Assembly (NCBI GenBank): GCA_023819375.1
Contig: JAMWDI010000002.1
Coordinates: 181,896 to 245,895, forward strand
Length of the DNA: 64,000 nt
From: Candidatus Omnitrophota bacterium
GTDB lineage: Bacteria; Ratteibacteria; UBA8468; B48-G9; JAFGKM01
Direction of reading: 5' to 3'
The number at the start of each line of letters is the position of its first letter. Positions within the stretch are counted from its first letter, which is position 1. A program made the position numbers and the translations under genes. Under the pieces are notes generated by a model. That model had not been told where the DNA came from and did not search any database. It saw only the letters and a program-made list of their open reading frames with translations. Positions 27,309 to 35,309 of this stretch are shown here, piece after piece.

Positions 27309-27689
27309 TTAATCACCTCCTTTCTTCTCCAAAATTTTTTCAATTTCTTCAATTATATTTTTAATAATCATAAAATCATTTTTTGCATGAATATACCAGT
27401 TTTCTAAATATTTTTTTCCATCTTCAGTAATCCTATAAACTCTTCTTGCTGGTCCTGAAGTTCCAATCTCCCAATTTGAAATTACTAAACCTTCAAGTTC
27501 AAGATTTCTTAAGTTTCTATAAACAATTGCAGGGTGTAAAAAAGATATATTTATTCCCAATTTTCCAATTTCTTCAATTAAAGAATATCCATAACTTTGT
27601 TTTTTAGACAAAATAATAAGAATTAAAACATCCAGTAAATTCCCTGAACCAAAAGTCAACCATTTCTTACATCTATGTCTCCACTTCAT
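27309..27689 (-). CDS. PadR-family transcriptional regulator
   Basis: Winged-helix PadR sequence LLDVLILIILSKKQSYGYSLIEEI...GLVISNWE...RRVYRITEDGKKYLENW. Confidence 0.8.
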   Translation of the reverse strand: MKWRHRCKKWLTFGSGNLLDVLILIILSKKQSYGYSLIEEIGKLGINISFLHPAIVYRNLRNLELEGLVISNWEIGTSGPARRVYRITEDGKKYLENWYIHAKNDFMIIKNIIEEIEKILEKKGGD

Positions 27690-27776
27690 TATTTTACACC
27701 TGTTTATATATATTTTACTTATTTATATACAAAATGTCAATAGATACAAATTATTAGAAAAATATAAAAATTTGAA

Positions 27777-28361
27777 TTACTTTTTAAACACTAAGAGAAA
27801 AAAATCTTCTTCATCAATTCCTTTTATATATCTAAAGCCAAATTTTTCTACAAAACACTTAAGTTTTTTAGTTGGAGGAATTATATCTTTGCTTACTTGA
27901 CATATTTTTTTGTGTAATTTATTAACAAATTTTCTTCCATGGGGATGTGAAATTACAAAAATTCCCTCTTTTTTCAATATTCTATATATTTCAAATAAGG
28001 CTTTTTCTTTATTTTCAAAATGTGGATAAGATGAATTTGCAATAATTCTATCAAAGAATTCATCTTCAAACTCTGTATTGTGAATATCCATAACAAATCC
28101 TTTTACATTTTTAGGAAAATTTTTCTCTCTGAACTTTTTCATCATTCCTTCAGAGTAGTCAATTCCATATATTTCAATATCTTTTTTTGTTTCAAGTAAA
28201 TATGGAATTAAAACTCCAGTTCCTGTTCCTACATCAAGTATTCTAAAACCATCTTCTATTTTGAGTTCTAAAACAATTTTTCTATACTTTTCAGAATTGA
28301 TTTTTTCGCTTTTATCCCACTTTTCAGCCATTTTATCAAAAAAAAGTCTTTTTTCATTCAT
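27777..28361 (-). CDS. Class I SAM-dependent methyltransferase
   Basis: SAM-binding motif ILDVGTGTGVL. 194 aa. Confidence 0.75.
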   Translation of the reverse strand: MNEKRLFFDKMAEKWDKSEKINSEKYRKIVLELKIEDGFRILDVGTGTGVLIPYLLETKKDIEIYGIDYSEGMMKKFREKNFPKNVKGFVMDIHNTEFEDEFFDRIIANSSYPHFENKEKALFEIYRILKKEGIFVISHPHGRKFVNKLHKKICQVSKDIIPPTKKLKCFVEKFGFRYIKGIDEEDFFLLVFKK

Positions 28362-29166
28362 TTCTAATTTTTCTTTTTGGAGAAAACAAAAAACATAAAC
28401 AGAATATAAAACTTGAAGTAATTACCATAGTTGCACTTGTTGGGGTATTAAATATTGTAGAGAAAATTAGTCCTGTGATTGTTGAAAGAATAGCAAATAA
28501 AACAGATAGAAAATACATTTTTTTTAAATTATAGGTTATCTGATATGAAGCAGATGCAGGATTGACTATTAAAGCATATAAAAGTAAACCACCAACTGTT
28601 TTTAAAATTCCACATATGGATAATCCAATTAAATAAAACAAAAGATAATAAAATATAGTTGAATGAATACCAAATGCTTTTGCTAACTCTTTGTTAAACA
28701 ATAGTGCCTTTATTTCTTTGAAAAATAAAATTGTTAAAATTGAAATTAAAAAAGTCAATATTAAGAGAAAATAAATATCTAAATTTTCCACTGTTAAAAT
28801 ACTTCCCCACATGTAATTTAAAGCCTGACTTTTACCTTCTGGAATTAAACCTAAAAATAAAAATGCTAATCCAAGAGTTAATGAAAACATTATGCCAGTT
28901 GAAGTTTCAGGATGTAATTGTGTTTTTTCTGAAAATGGTCCTAAAACTGAAGAAGTTATTAATGAAAAAAGGATAGAAAAAAAATGGGTTGATTTGTTTA
29001 TCAAAATGGCAAATAAGGCTCCAGCAAAAGAAGCATGGGATAATGCAACTCCTATAAATGAAATTCTCATAACTATTATCCAAACACCAATTATTCCACA
29101 AATAATTCCTGAAAGTAAACACGCAATAATTGCTTTTTGAAAAAAAGCATATTTAATTATTTCCAT
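28354..29166 (-). CDS. Metal (Zn/Mn) ABC transporter permease, ABC-3 family
   Basis: 270-aa polytopic membrane protein with ZnuB/MntB-like sequence. Overlaps the neighbouring ATPase gene. Confidence 0.8.
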   Translation of the reverse strand: MEIIKYAFFQKAIIACLLSGIICGIIGVWIIVMRISFIGVALSHASFAGALFAILINKSTHFFSILFSLITSSVLGPFSEKTQLHPETSTGIMFSLTLGLAFLFLGLIPEGKSQALNYMWGSILTVENLDIYFLLILTFLISILTILFFKEIKALLFNKELAKAFGIHSTIFYYLLFYLIGLSICGILKTVGGLLLYALIVNPASASYQITYNLKKMYFLSVLFAILSTITGLIFSTIFNTPTSATMVITSSFIFCLCFLFSPKRKIRNE

Positions 29167-29860
29167 TATTCTTCAATTTTTCTATTTTGTCATAAAAAAT
29201 AACATTACCATTTTCCATCCATATAATTTTATGACAAAGTTTTTCAAGAATGTAAAATTCATGAGAAACTATAAGAATTGTAATGTTTCTCTTTCTGTGA
29301 ATATCTTTAATTTTCTCTTTTAATTTTTCTGAACTTTTTTTATCAAGAAAAGTAAATGTCTCATCAAGTAATAAAATTTCTGGTTCTTTAATCAATGCAC
29401 TTGCTATTAAAACTTTTCTAATTTCTCCTCCTGATAAAAGTCCAAAAGGTTTCTTTAAAATTTCTTTTATTTCTAAAAAGTTAACAATCTCTTCATATTT
29501 TTCAAGATCTATTTTATTCATCCTTTTTAAAATACCCTTTTTTCCATATATTCCCATAAAAATTACATCCTCTGCCAAAAAGGGTAATTTTGGATCTAAT
29601 TCAATTATCTGAGGAACATATCCAATATTTCTTCTTAAAGTTGGGGCTGTAAAAGAATTTAAAGGAATATCATTAATAAAGACTGAACCTTTAATAATTC
29701 TTGCAAGCCCATTTATTCCACAAATAAAAGTTGTCTTGCCAGCACCATTTGGACCAAAAATGCCCACAATTTTTCCTTCTTCTATTGTAAGTGACAAATT
29801 TCTAATAATAGTTTGGTTAAGATAACCAATTGTTGCATTTATCAGTTTAATTTTTTCCAT
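29153..29860 (-). CDS. Metal ABC transporter ATP-binding protein
   Basis: Walker A GPNGAGKTT, signature LSGGE, Walker B LLLDE. Confidence 0.85.
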   Translation of the reverse strand: MEKIKLINATIGYLNQTIIRNLSLTIEEGKIVGIFGPNGAGKTTFICGINGLARIIKGSVFINDIPLNSFTAPTLRRNIGYVPQIIELDPKLPFLAEDVIFMGIYGKKGILKRMNKIDLEKYEEIVNFLEIKEILKKPFGLLSGGEIRKVLIASALIKEPEILLLDETFTFLDKKSSEKLKEKIKDIHRKRNITILIVSHEFYILEKLCHKIIWMENGNVIFYDKIEKLKNNGNN

Positions 29861-30681
29861 TTTTCAAGTGTATTTATAATAATTAAAAAATTTTTATAAA
29901 GAGTTTCTCTCATTGTTTCAGTATTCGGCAATGCGAGAGGGAAATTAGATATTACCACATGAGGAATTTTAAATTCATTTGTAAATATTTTCCCCGTATC
30001 TTTTCCTGACTGTAAATTATCAATCACTAAATCAATTCCTTCAATTTTAATTTTCCCAATCAATTCTTTTATTTTTAAAGGTGTAAGATCTTCTTTTCTT
30101 CCGTAAACATCAACTACTTCAAATCCAAAATGTTCAACAAGATCTTTTATATGGTTATTACATATCACCTTTTTCCCTTTTAATCTCTTAATCATTACCA
30201 TTTTTTTTATTTCATCATCAATCTTTTTTATCTGTTCTATCTTTTTTTCTAAATTTTTTAAAATAAATTCTCTATATTCTGGATAAATTTCAACCAACTT
30301 TCCACCAATCTTGTTATAAATTAAAATTTGATTTTCAGGAATAAGTGAATTTCCTTTTGTCTCAATCAGTATAATTTCAAATTTAGGATTTCTTATATTA
30401 TTTTTTATTTTTTCTAAATAAGGTTCAAAGCCATGAGCAAAAAGAAACCCATTTTTTTCAATTAATTTTAGATCATTTACTTTAATATCCACATGTCCAG
30501 GGCATATACCCGGAGGAACAATTGTTCTAACCTTTATCTTCCCTTCACTTATATCTTTTATAACTGAAGAAATAATAGAAGTTGTACAGACAACAGTATT
30601 AGTAAATCCTAAATTTGATAAAAAAACAAAAAATAAAAATTTTCTAAATTTTAATATGAAGTATCCCAATATTTCCTCCAA
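29842..30681 (-). CDS. Metal ABC transporter substrate-binding protein (ZnuA/TroA family)
   Basis: Signal peptide followed by [34 protein letters not shown], typical of the TroA-like fold. Start uncertain, since the track start overlaps the upstream gene by 31 nt. Confidence 0.7.
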   Translation of the reverse strand: MEEILGYFILKFRKFLFFVFLSNLGFTNTVVCTTSIISSVIKDISEGKIKVRTIVPPGICPGHVDIKVNDLKLIEKNGFLFAHGFEPYLEKIKNNIRNPKFEIILIETKGNSLIPENQILIYNKIGGKLVEIYPEYREFILKNLEKKIEQIKKIDDEIKKMVMIKRLKGKKVICNNHIKDLVEHFGFEVVDVYGRKEDLTPLKIKELIGKIKIEGIDLVIDNLQSGKDTGKIFTNEFKIPHVVISNFPLALPNTETMRETLYKNFLIIINTLEKWKKLN

Positions 30682-31367
30682 TTTGGATATATTTCAGGAT
30701 TTGATGGTATTGGATTGCCGTTATCATCAATATCCTTTGTATTTGAATGATATTCTTCAGGTCTTTTCCATTCAACTCTTCCATCCCCAAAAAGTATATT
30801 ACTCCCACCAAAATGAACTCTACAAACAGCCCAATATGAGCCACTACCTCCTGATATCCATCCCGATGTAAAACTTGCAATAGGAGGGCCAGAAACACAT
30901 CCACCTTTACCATCTTTTATCCTTCCCCATTCAACAACAAGTATTTTCTCGCTTAAATTCCTTATTTGTCCTCCTTTTCTTCCAGCAAATCCGGGATAAA
31001 AATTACTATCTCTTGAAATATTACTTGGACAACCACAATTATAACCTTGACCATAATACCAATTTGAGTAAGAAATTGTTTTGCCATGCCTACTTGGACA
31101 ATATCCAATTTTATTTCTCATGCTTGGATTTACATAATAAAGCCATAAAATAGTCTTCCATTCTCTTTGAGGAGGATAGAAGTCATCATTATCATTTTTA
31201 TACATTTCAAAAGCAATTCCAAGTTGTCTTAAATTGTTTGCACATGAAATTTGTCTTGCTCTTTCTCTTGCCTTACCTAATGCAGGTAAAAGCAAACTTG
31301 CTAAAATTGAAATTATAGCAACTACCACAAGTAATTCAATCAGTGTGAAGCCAGTTTTTTTTGACAT
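30651..31367 (-). CDS. Prepilin-type N-terminal cleavage/methylation domain protein with DUF1559 (H-X9-DG) domain
   Basis: [30 protein letters not shown] is a type IV pilin/pseudopilin N-terminus. The body resembles DUF1559 proteins that are abundant in Planctomycetota, Verrucomicrobiota and Omnitrophota. Confidence 0.8.
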   Translation of the reverse strand: MSKKTGFTLIELLVVVAIISILASLLLPALGKARERARQISCANNLRQLGIAFEMYKNDNDDFYPPQREWKTILWLYYVNPSMRNKIGYCPSRHGKTISYSNWYYGQGYNCGCPSNISRDSNFYPGFAGRKGGQIRNLSEKILVVEWGRIKDGKGGCVSGPPIASFTSGWISGGSGSYWAVCRVHFGGSNILFGDGRVEWKRPEEYHSNTKDIDDNGNPIPSNPEIYPNWRKYWDTSY

Positions 31368-31492
31368 TTTAATCTCCTTTTTTTTAACTTTAGTGTTATT
31401 TTTTAAAAATTCGTGTTACTATTTTAAAACAAACCATTTTAATTGTCAAATTTGTAATTTTTAATATTGATAAAAGCAGTTATTTTTTAATG

Positions 31493-32102
31493 CTACTTTT
31501 GTTCAAATTTCTTTACTTGTGAAAACTTATCTATTAATCCATAAACACCTAAGGGCATTGGCATTGCAAGATATGTTTCTGTAGAAACAAAAATAACTGT
31601 GTTTTTTTCCTTCAAATGTCATTTCATAAAACATATTCATAGAGCAAAGTTGTAAAGCGACTGGATCTTCAGCATAGGTCTTTACTGCCTCCAACATTAA
31701 TTGGGCAGCCGCTTTTTCTGCTTCTGCTAATTCAACTCTTGCTTTTTTCCTTTTCTGCTACTTCTCTTGCAATTGCAATCTCAAGTTGTGAATCTACAAT
31801 AACTTCTCTAATTTCAACTGCAGTAACCTTAATTCCCCATTCATCTGTCATCCTATCAAGTGCCTGTTTTATTTCCTGAGCCAATCTTTCTCTTTCTCCT
31901 AAAAAAGTTGATCAAGTGTAAATTTGCCAATCATATCTCTTAGAATACTCTGAGCCCCAAGATGAGTTGCCATCTTATAATCCTGAACTTTCAGAACAGC
32001 AAGTGTAGGTTGTTGAACATAAAAATAAACGATAGCGTCAACAGTTGCAGGAACATTATCCTCTGAAATCTTTTCTTTCATTAATTTAAAATAAAAACAC
32101 AC
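31493..32102 (-). pseudogene. Decayed SPFH/band-7 (stomatin-like) gene: N-terminally truncated with at least three frameshifts
   Basis: Three minus-strand frames between them give KEKISEDNVPATVDAIVYFYVQQPTLAV...AQSILRDMIGKFTLDQLF, then ERERLAQEIKQALDRMTDEWGIKVTAVEIREVIVD, then QKRKKARVELAEAEKAAAQLMLEAV..., then NTVIFVSTETYLAMPMPLGVYGLIDKF. Frame changes fall at T6, A6 and A7 runs. Only 60 nt separate the fragment from the upstream gene, so about 100 N-terminal residues are absent. Confidence 0.6.
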
Positions 32103-32163
32103 CTTCGTATTAACATGTTTAATTTTACTTTTTTATTTTATTAAAGTTAATTTTTCCAATAGT

Positions 32164-33189
32164 TTAAAAATTTTTAAAAAGTAAAGACAAAAAATCAAAA
32201 TCATTAAATCTATTTTTTCTCTCAAATGTTAGATCTCCAAGTCGAACTATTACAAGTTTATAAGAAGGAACAATATATAATCTCTGCCCCCCTGCTCCAC
32301 AGGCAGCAATTAAATCTTTTGGGATAAAATCTGAATTTGTTATCTTATCCCATCCAATATCCTCTATAATTAAATTTGTAAAAATACTTGTATTTTTTTG
32401 ACTAATTTTGCCTATTAACCACCAGGTTAAACCATAAGCAGGAAAAACTTCACTCCCTTTAAAACATTCAGACAACAATTTGCTATCAACAATTTTTTTG
32501 CCATTTATAGTTCCACCAAGTTGTACAAACTCTCCAAATTTAGCCCAATCACGGCCAGTTATGCAAGCCCCTCCTGCTACTTGAGGATTACCATCTTTAA
32601 ATCTCATCTTATATTCAAGTTTAATACCTAATGGATCCAAAACTCTCTCCTTAAAGTAATCTTCAAATGTTTTATTTTTCAGTTTTAACTGCAAACAATA
32701 AGCAAAAATATTATGAGGTACACCACTATATTCAAATTTTTTCCCAGGGATTTCCTTTGCAGGTATAGACAAAAGGTCCTTCCATGTCAAATGATTAAAA
32801 TTTCTTATAATTCCTTCCGGCTTTAAACCACAGGTTAAATTCAAAAGATGTCTATAAGTAATTTGTGACTTTAAAGAATCTTTTTTCCATTTTTCTACTG
32901 TCTCGCAAACTTTATCGTCAAGATTAATTAAACCATCTTCAACAGCACAAATTGCAACAATTCCTACAAAACTTTTACTTCCACTTGCAAGGAATTGTAA
33001 TTTTTCTGGAAAACTATTTTTAGAATATTTTTCAAAAATAATATTTCCATCATACATTATAATCATACACTTTCCATTTTTATTTTTATGATAATCATAT
33101 GCTTTTTCTATCTTTTCTATTGAAAGTGGAATTTGACTAAAAACAATTTTGATAGAAACCAAAGGAACTACAAAAATTAATTTTTTCAT
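32164..33189 (-). CDS. Serine hydrolase of the beta-lactamase/esterase (PF00144-like) family, secreted
   Basis: Signal peptide and the SxxK active-site motif (ASGSKSF). 341 aa. Confidence 0.65.
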   Translation of the reverse strand: MKKLIFVVPLVSIKIVFSQIPLSIEKIEKAYDYHKNKNGKCMIIMYDGNIIFEKYSKNSFPEKLQFLASGSKSFVGIVAICAVEDGLINLDDKVCETVEKWKKDSLKSQITYRHLLNLTCGLKPEGIIRNFNHLTWKDLLSIPAKEIPGKKFEYSGVPHNIFAYCLQLKLKNKTFEDYFKERVLDPLGIKLEYKMRFKDGNPQVAGGACITGRDWAKFGEFVQLGGTINGKKIVDSKLLSECFKGSEVFPAYGLTWWLIGKISQKNTSIFTNLIIEDIGWDKITNSDFIPKDLIAACGAGGQRLYIVPSYKLVIVRLGDLTFERKNRFNDFDFLSLLFKNF

Positions 33190-33231
33190 TTTTTCTTCTT
33201 TTTATATTTAGACGATTTTTTTGATTTTTTA

Positions 33232-33385
33232 TTATCTAAATTCAACTTGATAAATAAGAAAATAAAAAAGGCAACCTGATTTATCCAAGGAACGATTATT
33301 ACTACTACATTTTGAAGAAACAATACAGGAAGGACAACCTATTTATAATTTAATACAATTTCATAAATAATTTTTATAACTCTAT
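33232..33385 (-). pseudogene. Displaced, degenerate copy of the 3' end (zinc-ribbon/DUF1998 C-terminus) of the MrfA-like helicase gene
   Basis: The minus-strand translation [41 protein letters not shown] matches the helicase C-terminus [40 protein letters not shown]. About 110 nt of DNA is roughly 85% identical to 35357-35470. Confidence 0.55.
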
Positions 33386-33399
33386 TCAAAAGTGGGAGA

Positions 33400-33891
33400 A
33401 GGAGTGCCACCAGTAAATTATTAAAAATTTTTAAATAATTAGAAATTACTTTTTCTGTCCTTTAGATTTTTCTTCTTTAGGTTTTTTCTCACAAATTTTC
33501 ATTAAAATTAATTCTCCTGATTTTTTCTCTTTATAATGAACTGTAACTTGTTTACCCACTTGAAGTTTTTTAATTTCTTCCTGCATCTTTGGAGTAGTTG
33601 CTTTTAAAGTAATTTCTGTTCCATCTTCTTTCTTTATCTTTACTGTATTCGCAGTCGTATCAACACTTAAAACCTCTCCAATAACTTTCTGAACATTTGG
33701 TTTAGACTTTTCAGAACTTGCAGGCTGAGCAGGTGTCGCTGGTTGTGCTGGTGTTGCAGGTTGTGTTGTTGATTTTCCTTTTTCATTTGCTGAAAAAGTA
33801 ATTCCAGAGGAAAGAATGAAACATATTAAAACTGTCAATATCTTTTTCATTTTTCTCACCTCCTTTCTTTTTTAATTCTGGTGGCACTCCT
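33400..33891. repeat. Perfect 14-bp inverted repeat (AGGAGTGCCACCAG / CTGGTGGCACTCCT) bracketing the PATPAQ gene
   Basis: Left arm 33400-33413, right arm 33878-33891. The arms lie in the 3' UTR and 5' UTR of the minus-strand gene. Confidence 0.6.
33446..33850 (-). CDS. Secreted hypothetical protein with PATPAQ tandem repeats
   Basis: Start at the ATG at 33850 with a GGAGGTG RBS. Signal peptide, then (PATPAQ)x2-3, then a beta-rich C-terminal domain. Flanked by a 14-bp inverted repeat. Confidence 0.5.
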   Translation of the reverse strand: MKKILTVLICFILSSGITFSANEKGKSTTQPATPAQPATPAQPASSEKSKPNVQKVIGEVLSVDTTANTVKIKKEDGTEITLKATTPKMQEEIKKLQVGKQVTVHYKEKKSGELILMKICEKKPKEEKSKGQKK

Positions 33892-33926
33892 TTTTAATTA
33901 TATGATGAACTAAATTTTCAAAAGGT

Positions 33927-34307
33927 TTACAGGTCTTCTATAAAAAACTCTTTATAAATCTGTCTTAAGTTTTCTCTTGTATCAAAGTCAAAATTTAAAA
34001 ATTCAACATAGTTTCTGAGTAAATTAGTTTTTTCTTCATTATTGAGTTTTATAAAGTTGTGGTAATTCTCAAAAAGTTCTTTTTTTTCCTTCTTGTAAAT
34101 TGAACAAAATTTTTTCCTGTTTTCCTCAAAAATTTCATTTAGTTCTATAATATTTTTTTCATGTGGCAAAAGAAAATAATCCCAAATATGTCTTTTTTTA
34201 ACTTCTATAAAATTATAAAGAGACATTAAAAGAACAAAAAAAGAAAAAACTAAAAAAATATTTAAACTTTTATGCCCATTAATCTTCACATTCATTTTCA
34301 TTTTCAC
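33927..34307 (-). CDS. Hypothetical membrane-anchored protein
   Basis: 126-aa ORF with one N-terminal TM helix and no known family. Overlaps the anti-sigma gene by about 29 nt, so its start is uncertain. Confidence 0.35.
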   Translation of the reverse strand: MKMKMNVKINGHKSLNIFLVFSFFVLLMSLYNFIEVKKRHIWDYFLLPHEKNIIELNEIFEENRKKFCSIYKKEKKELFENYHNFIKLNNEEKTNLLRNYVEFLNFDFDTRENLRQIYKEFFIEDL

Positions 34308-34713
34308 AAAAAACTAATTTCTTTAACTCTTCAAGATTTTTGACAATCTTATAATCCCTGTAAAAATGATAATATTTGGTTATATGTTGCACTTTTTCAA
34401 TTTTCACAAGATAATTAAGCACAAAAGAAAATATAAGTAAAAAAACTATCAATCCCTTTTTAAATTTAAGTTTTCTTATATTCCAAACTTGAATGTAATT
34501 TTCTATCCTGTTTATTATATTTTTCCTTAATTTTTCCCAGTAAAATTTATCTTTTTCAAATTTTTTATCTATAAGAAGTTCTTTCACAAAAATTAAATAT
34601 TCTCTACATCTATCGCAATTTTTTAAATGGTCATCTATTTTCTTTTTCTCTTCTTTTTTAAGTTTTTTTTCTAAATATAAGATTACAATTTCTTCAAATT
34701 TTTCACATTTCAT
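34279..34713 (-). CDS. Putative zinc-finger anti-sigma factor (zf-HC2-like) with one TM helix
   Basis: N-terminal HLKNCDRCREY Cys/His motif. A hydrophobic helix LIVFLLIFSFVLNYLV. Sits immediately downstream of an ECF sigma with an overlapping stop/start. Confidence 0.55.
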   Translation of the reverse strand: MKCEKFEEIVILYLEKKLKKEEKKKIDDHLKNCDRCREYLIFVKELLIDKKFEKDKFYWEKLRKNIINRIENYIQVWNIRKLKFKKGLIVFLLIFSFVLNYLVKIEKVQHITKYYHFYRDYKIVKNLEELKKLVFCENENECED

Positions 34714-35233
34714 TTTTTAGTATCTTTTTTAAGGAATTTACACCTCTAAAAATATGCACTTTAACAGTCCCTTCTTTACAATTTGTTATTTCTGAAATTT
34801 CTTTTATCTTTAATCCTTCAAAAAACTTCAATTCAATAACTTTCTTCTGCATAGGAGATAACCTTTCAAGCGCAACTCTAATCTTTTCTTTTATTTCTTC
34901 TTTGTTAAACTCCTCTATAATACTGGGCAATATAAATTTAACGTTTCCCAATCTGTTCAAAATATGTTTTTTTCTATATCTTTCTCTTAAATTTTTTCTT
35001 AAAAGATTTAGAGTTATTTTATATATCCAATTTGTAAGTGAATCGGAATTTCTCAAACTTTTCATTTTTCTAAAAGCGATCAGAAAAACCTCTTGTGTTA
35101 TATCTTCAGCATCCTGCGAATTATTTAAAAATCTATAAGCAATACCATAAACAAATCTCTCATATTTTTCAACTAATTCTTCAAAACTCTTTAATCCATT
35201 TTCAGCAAGTATTTTCTGTATTTCTTCTTCCAT
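34703..35233 (-). CDS. RNA polymerase ECF-type sigma-70 factor
   Basis: Region 2 (DAEDITQEVFLIAFRKM) and region 4 HTH (LKIKEISEITNCKEGTVKVHIFRGVNSLKKIL). Confidence 0.8.
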   Translation of the reverse strand: MEEEIQKILAENGLKSFEELVEKYERFVYGIAYRFLNNSQDAEDITQEVFLIAFRKMKSLRNSDSLTNWIYKITLNLLRKNLRERYRKKHILNRLGNVKFILPSIIEEFNKEEIKEKIRVALERLSPMQKKVIELKFFEGLKIKEISEITNCKEGTVKVHIFRGVNSLKKILKNEM

Positions 35234-35309
35234 TTTAATTATAAAAGATACAAATTAAATAAAAAAAGTTTACTCTGATTTTTAAATTTAACATTTAAAC
35301 CTTAACAAA

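Noticed and set aside
24060-27700. Prophage or integrative element with integrase at tRNA-Glu
   Set aside because: No integrase, recombinase, transposase or direct repeat of the tRNA 3' end was found by eye downstream. The island-like character is therefore reported only as a hypothesis, not as a mobile-element feature.
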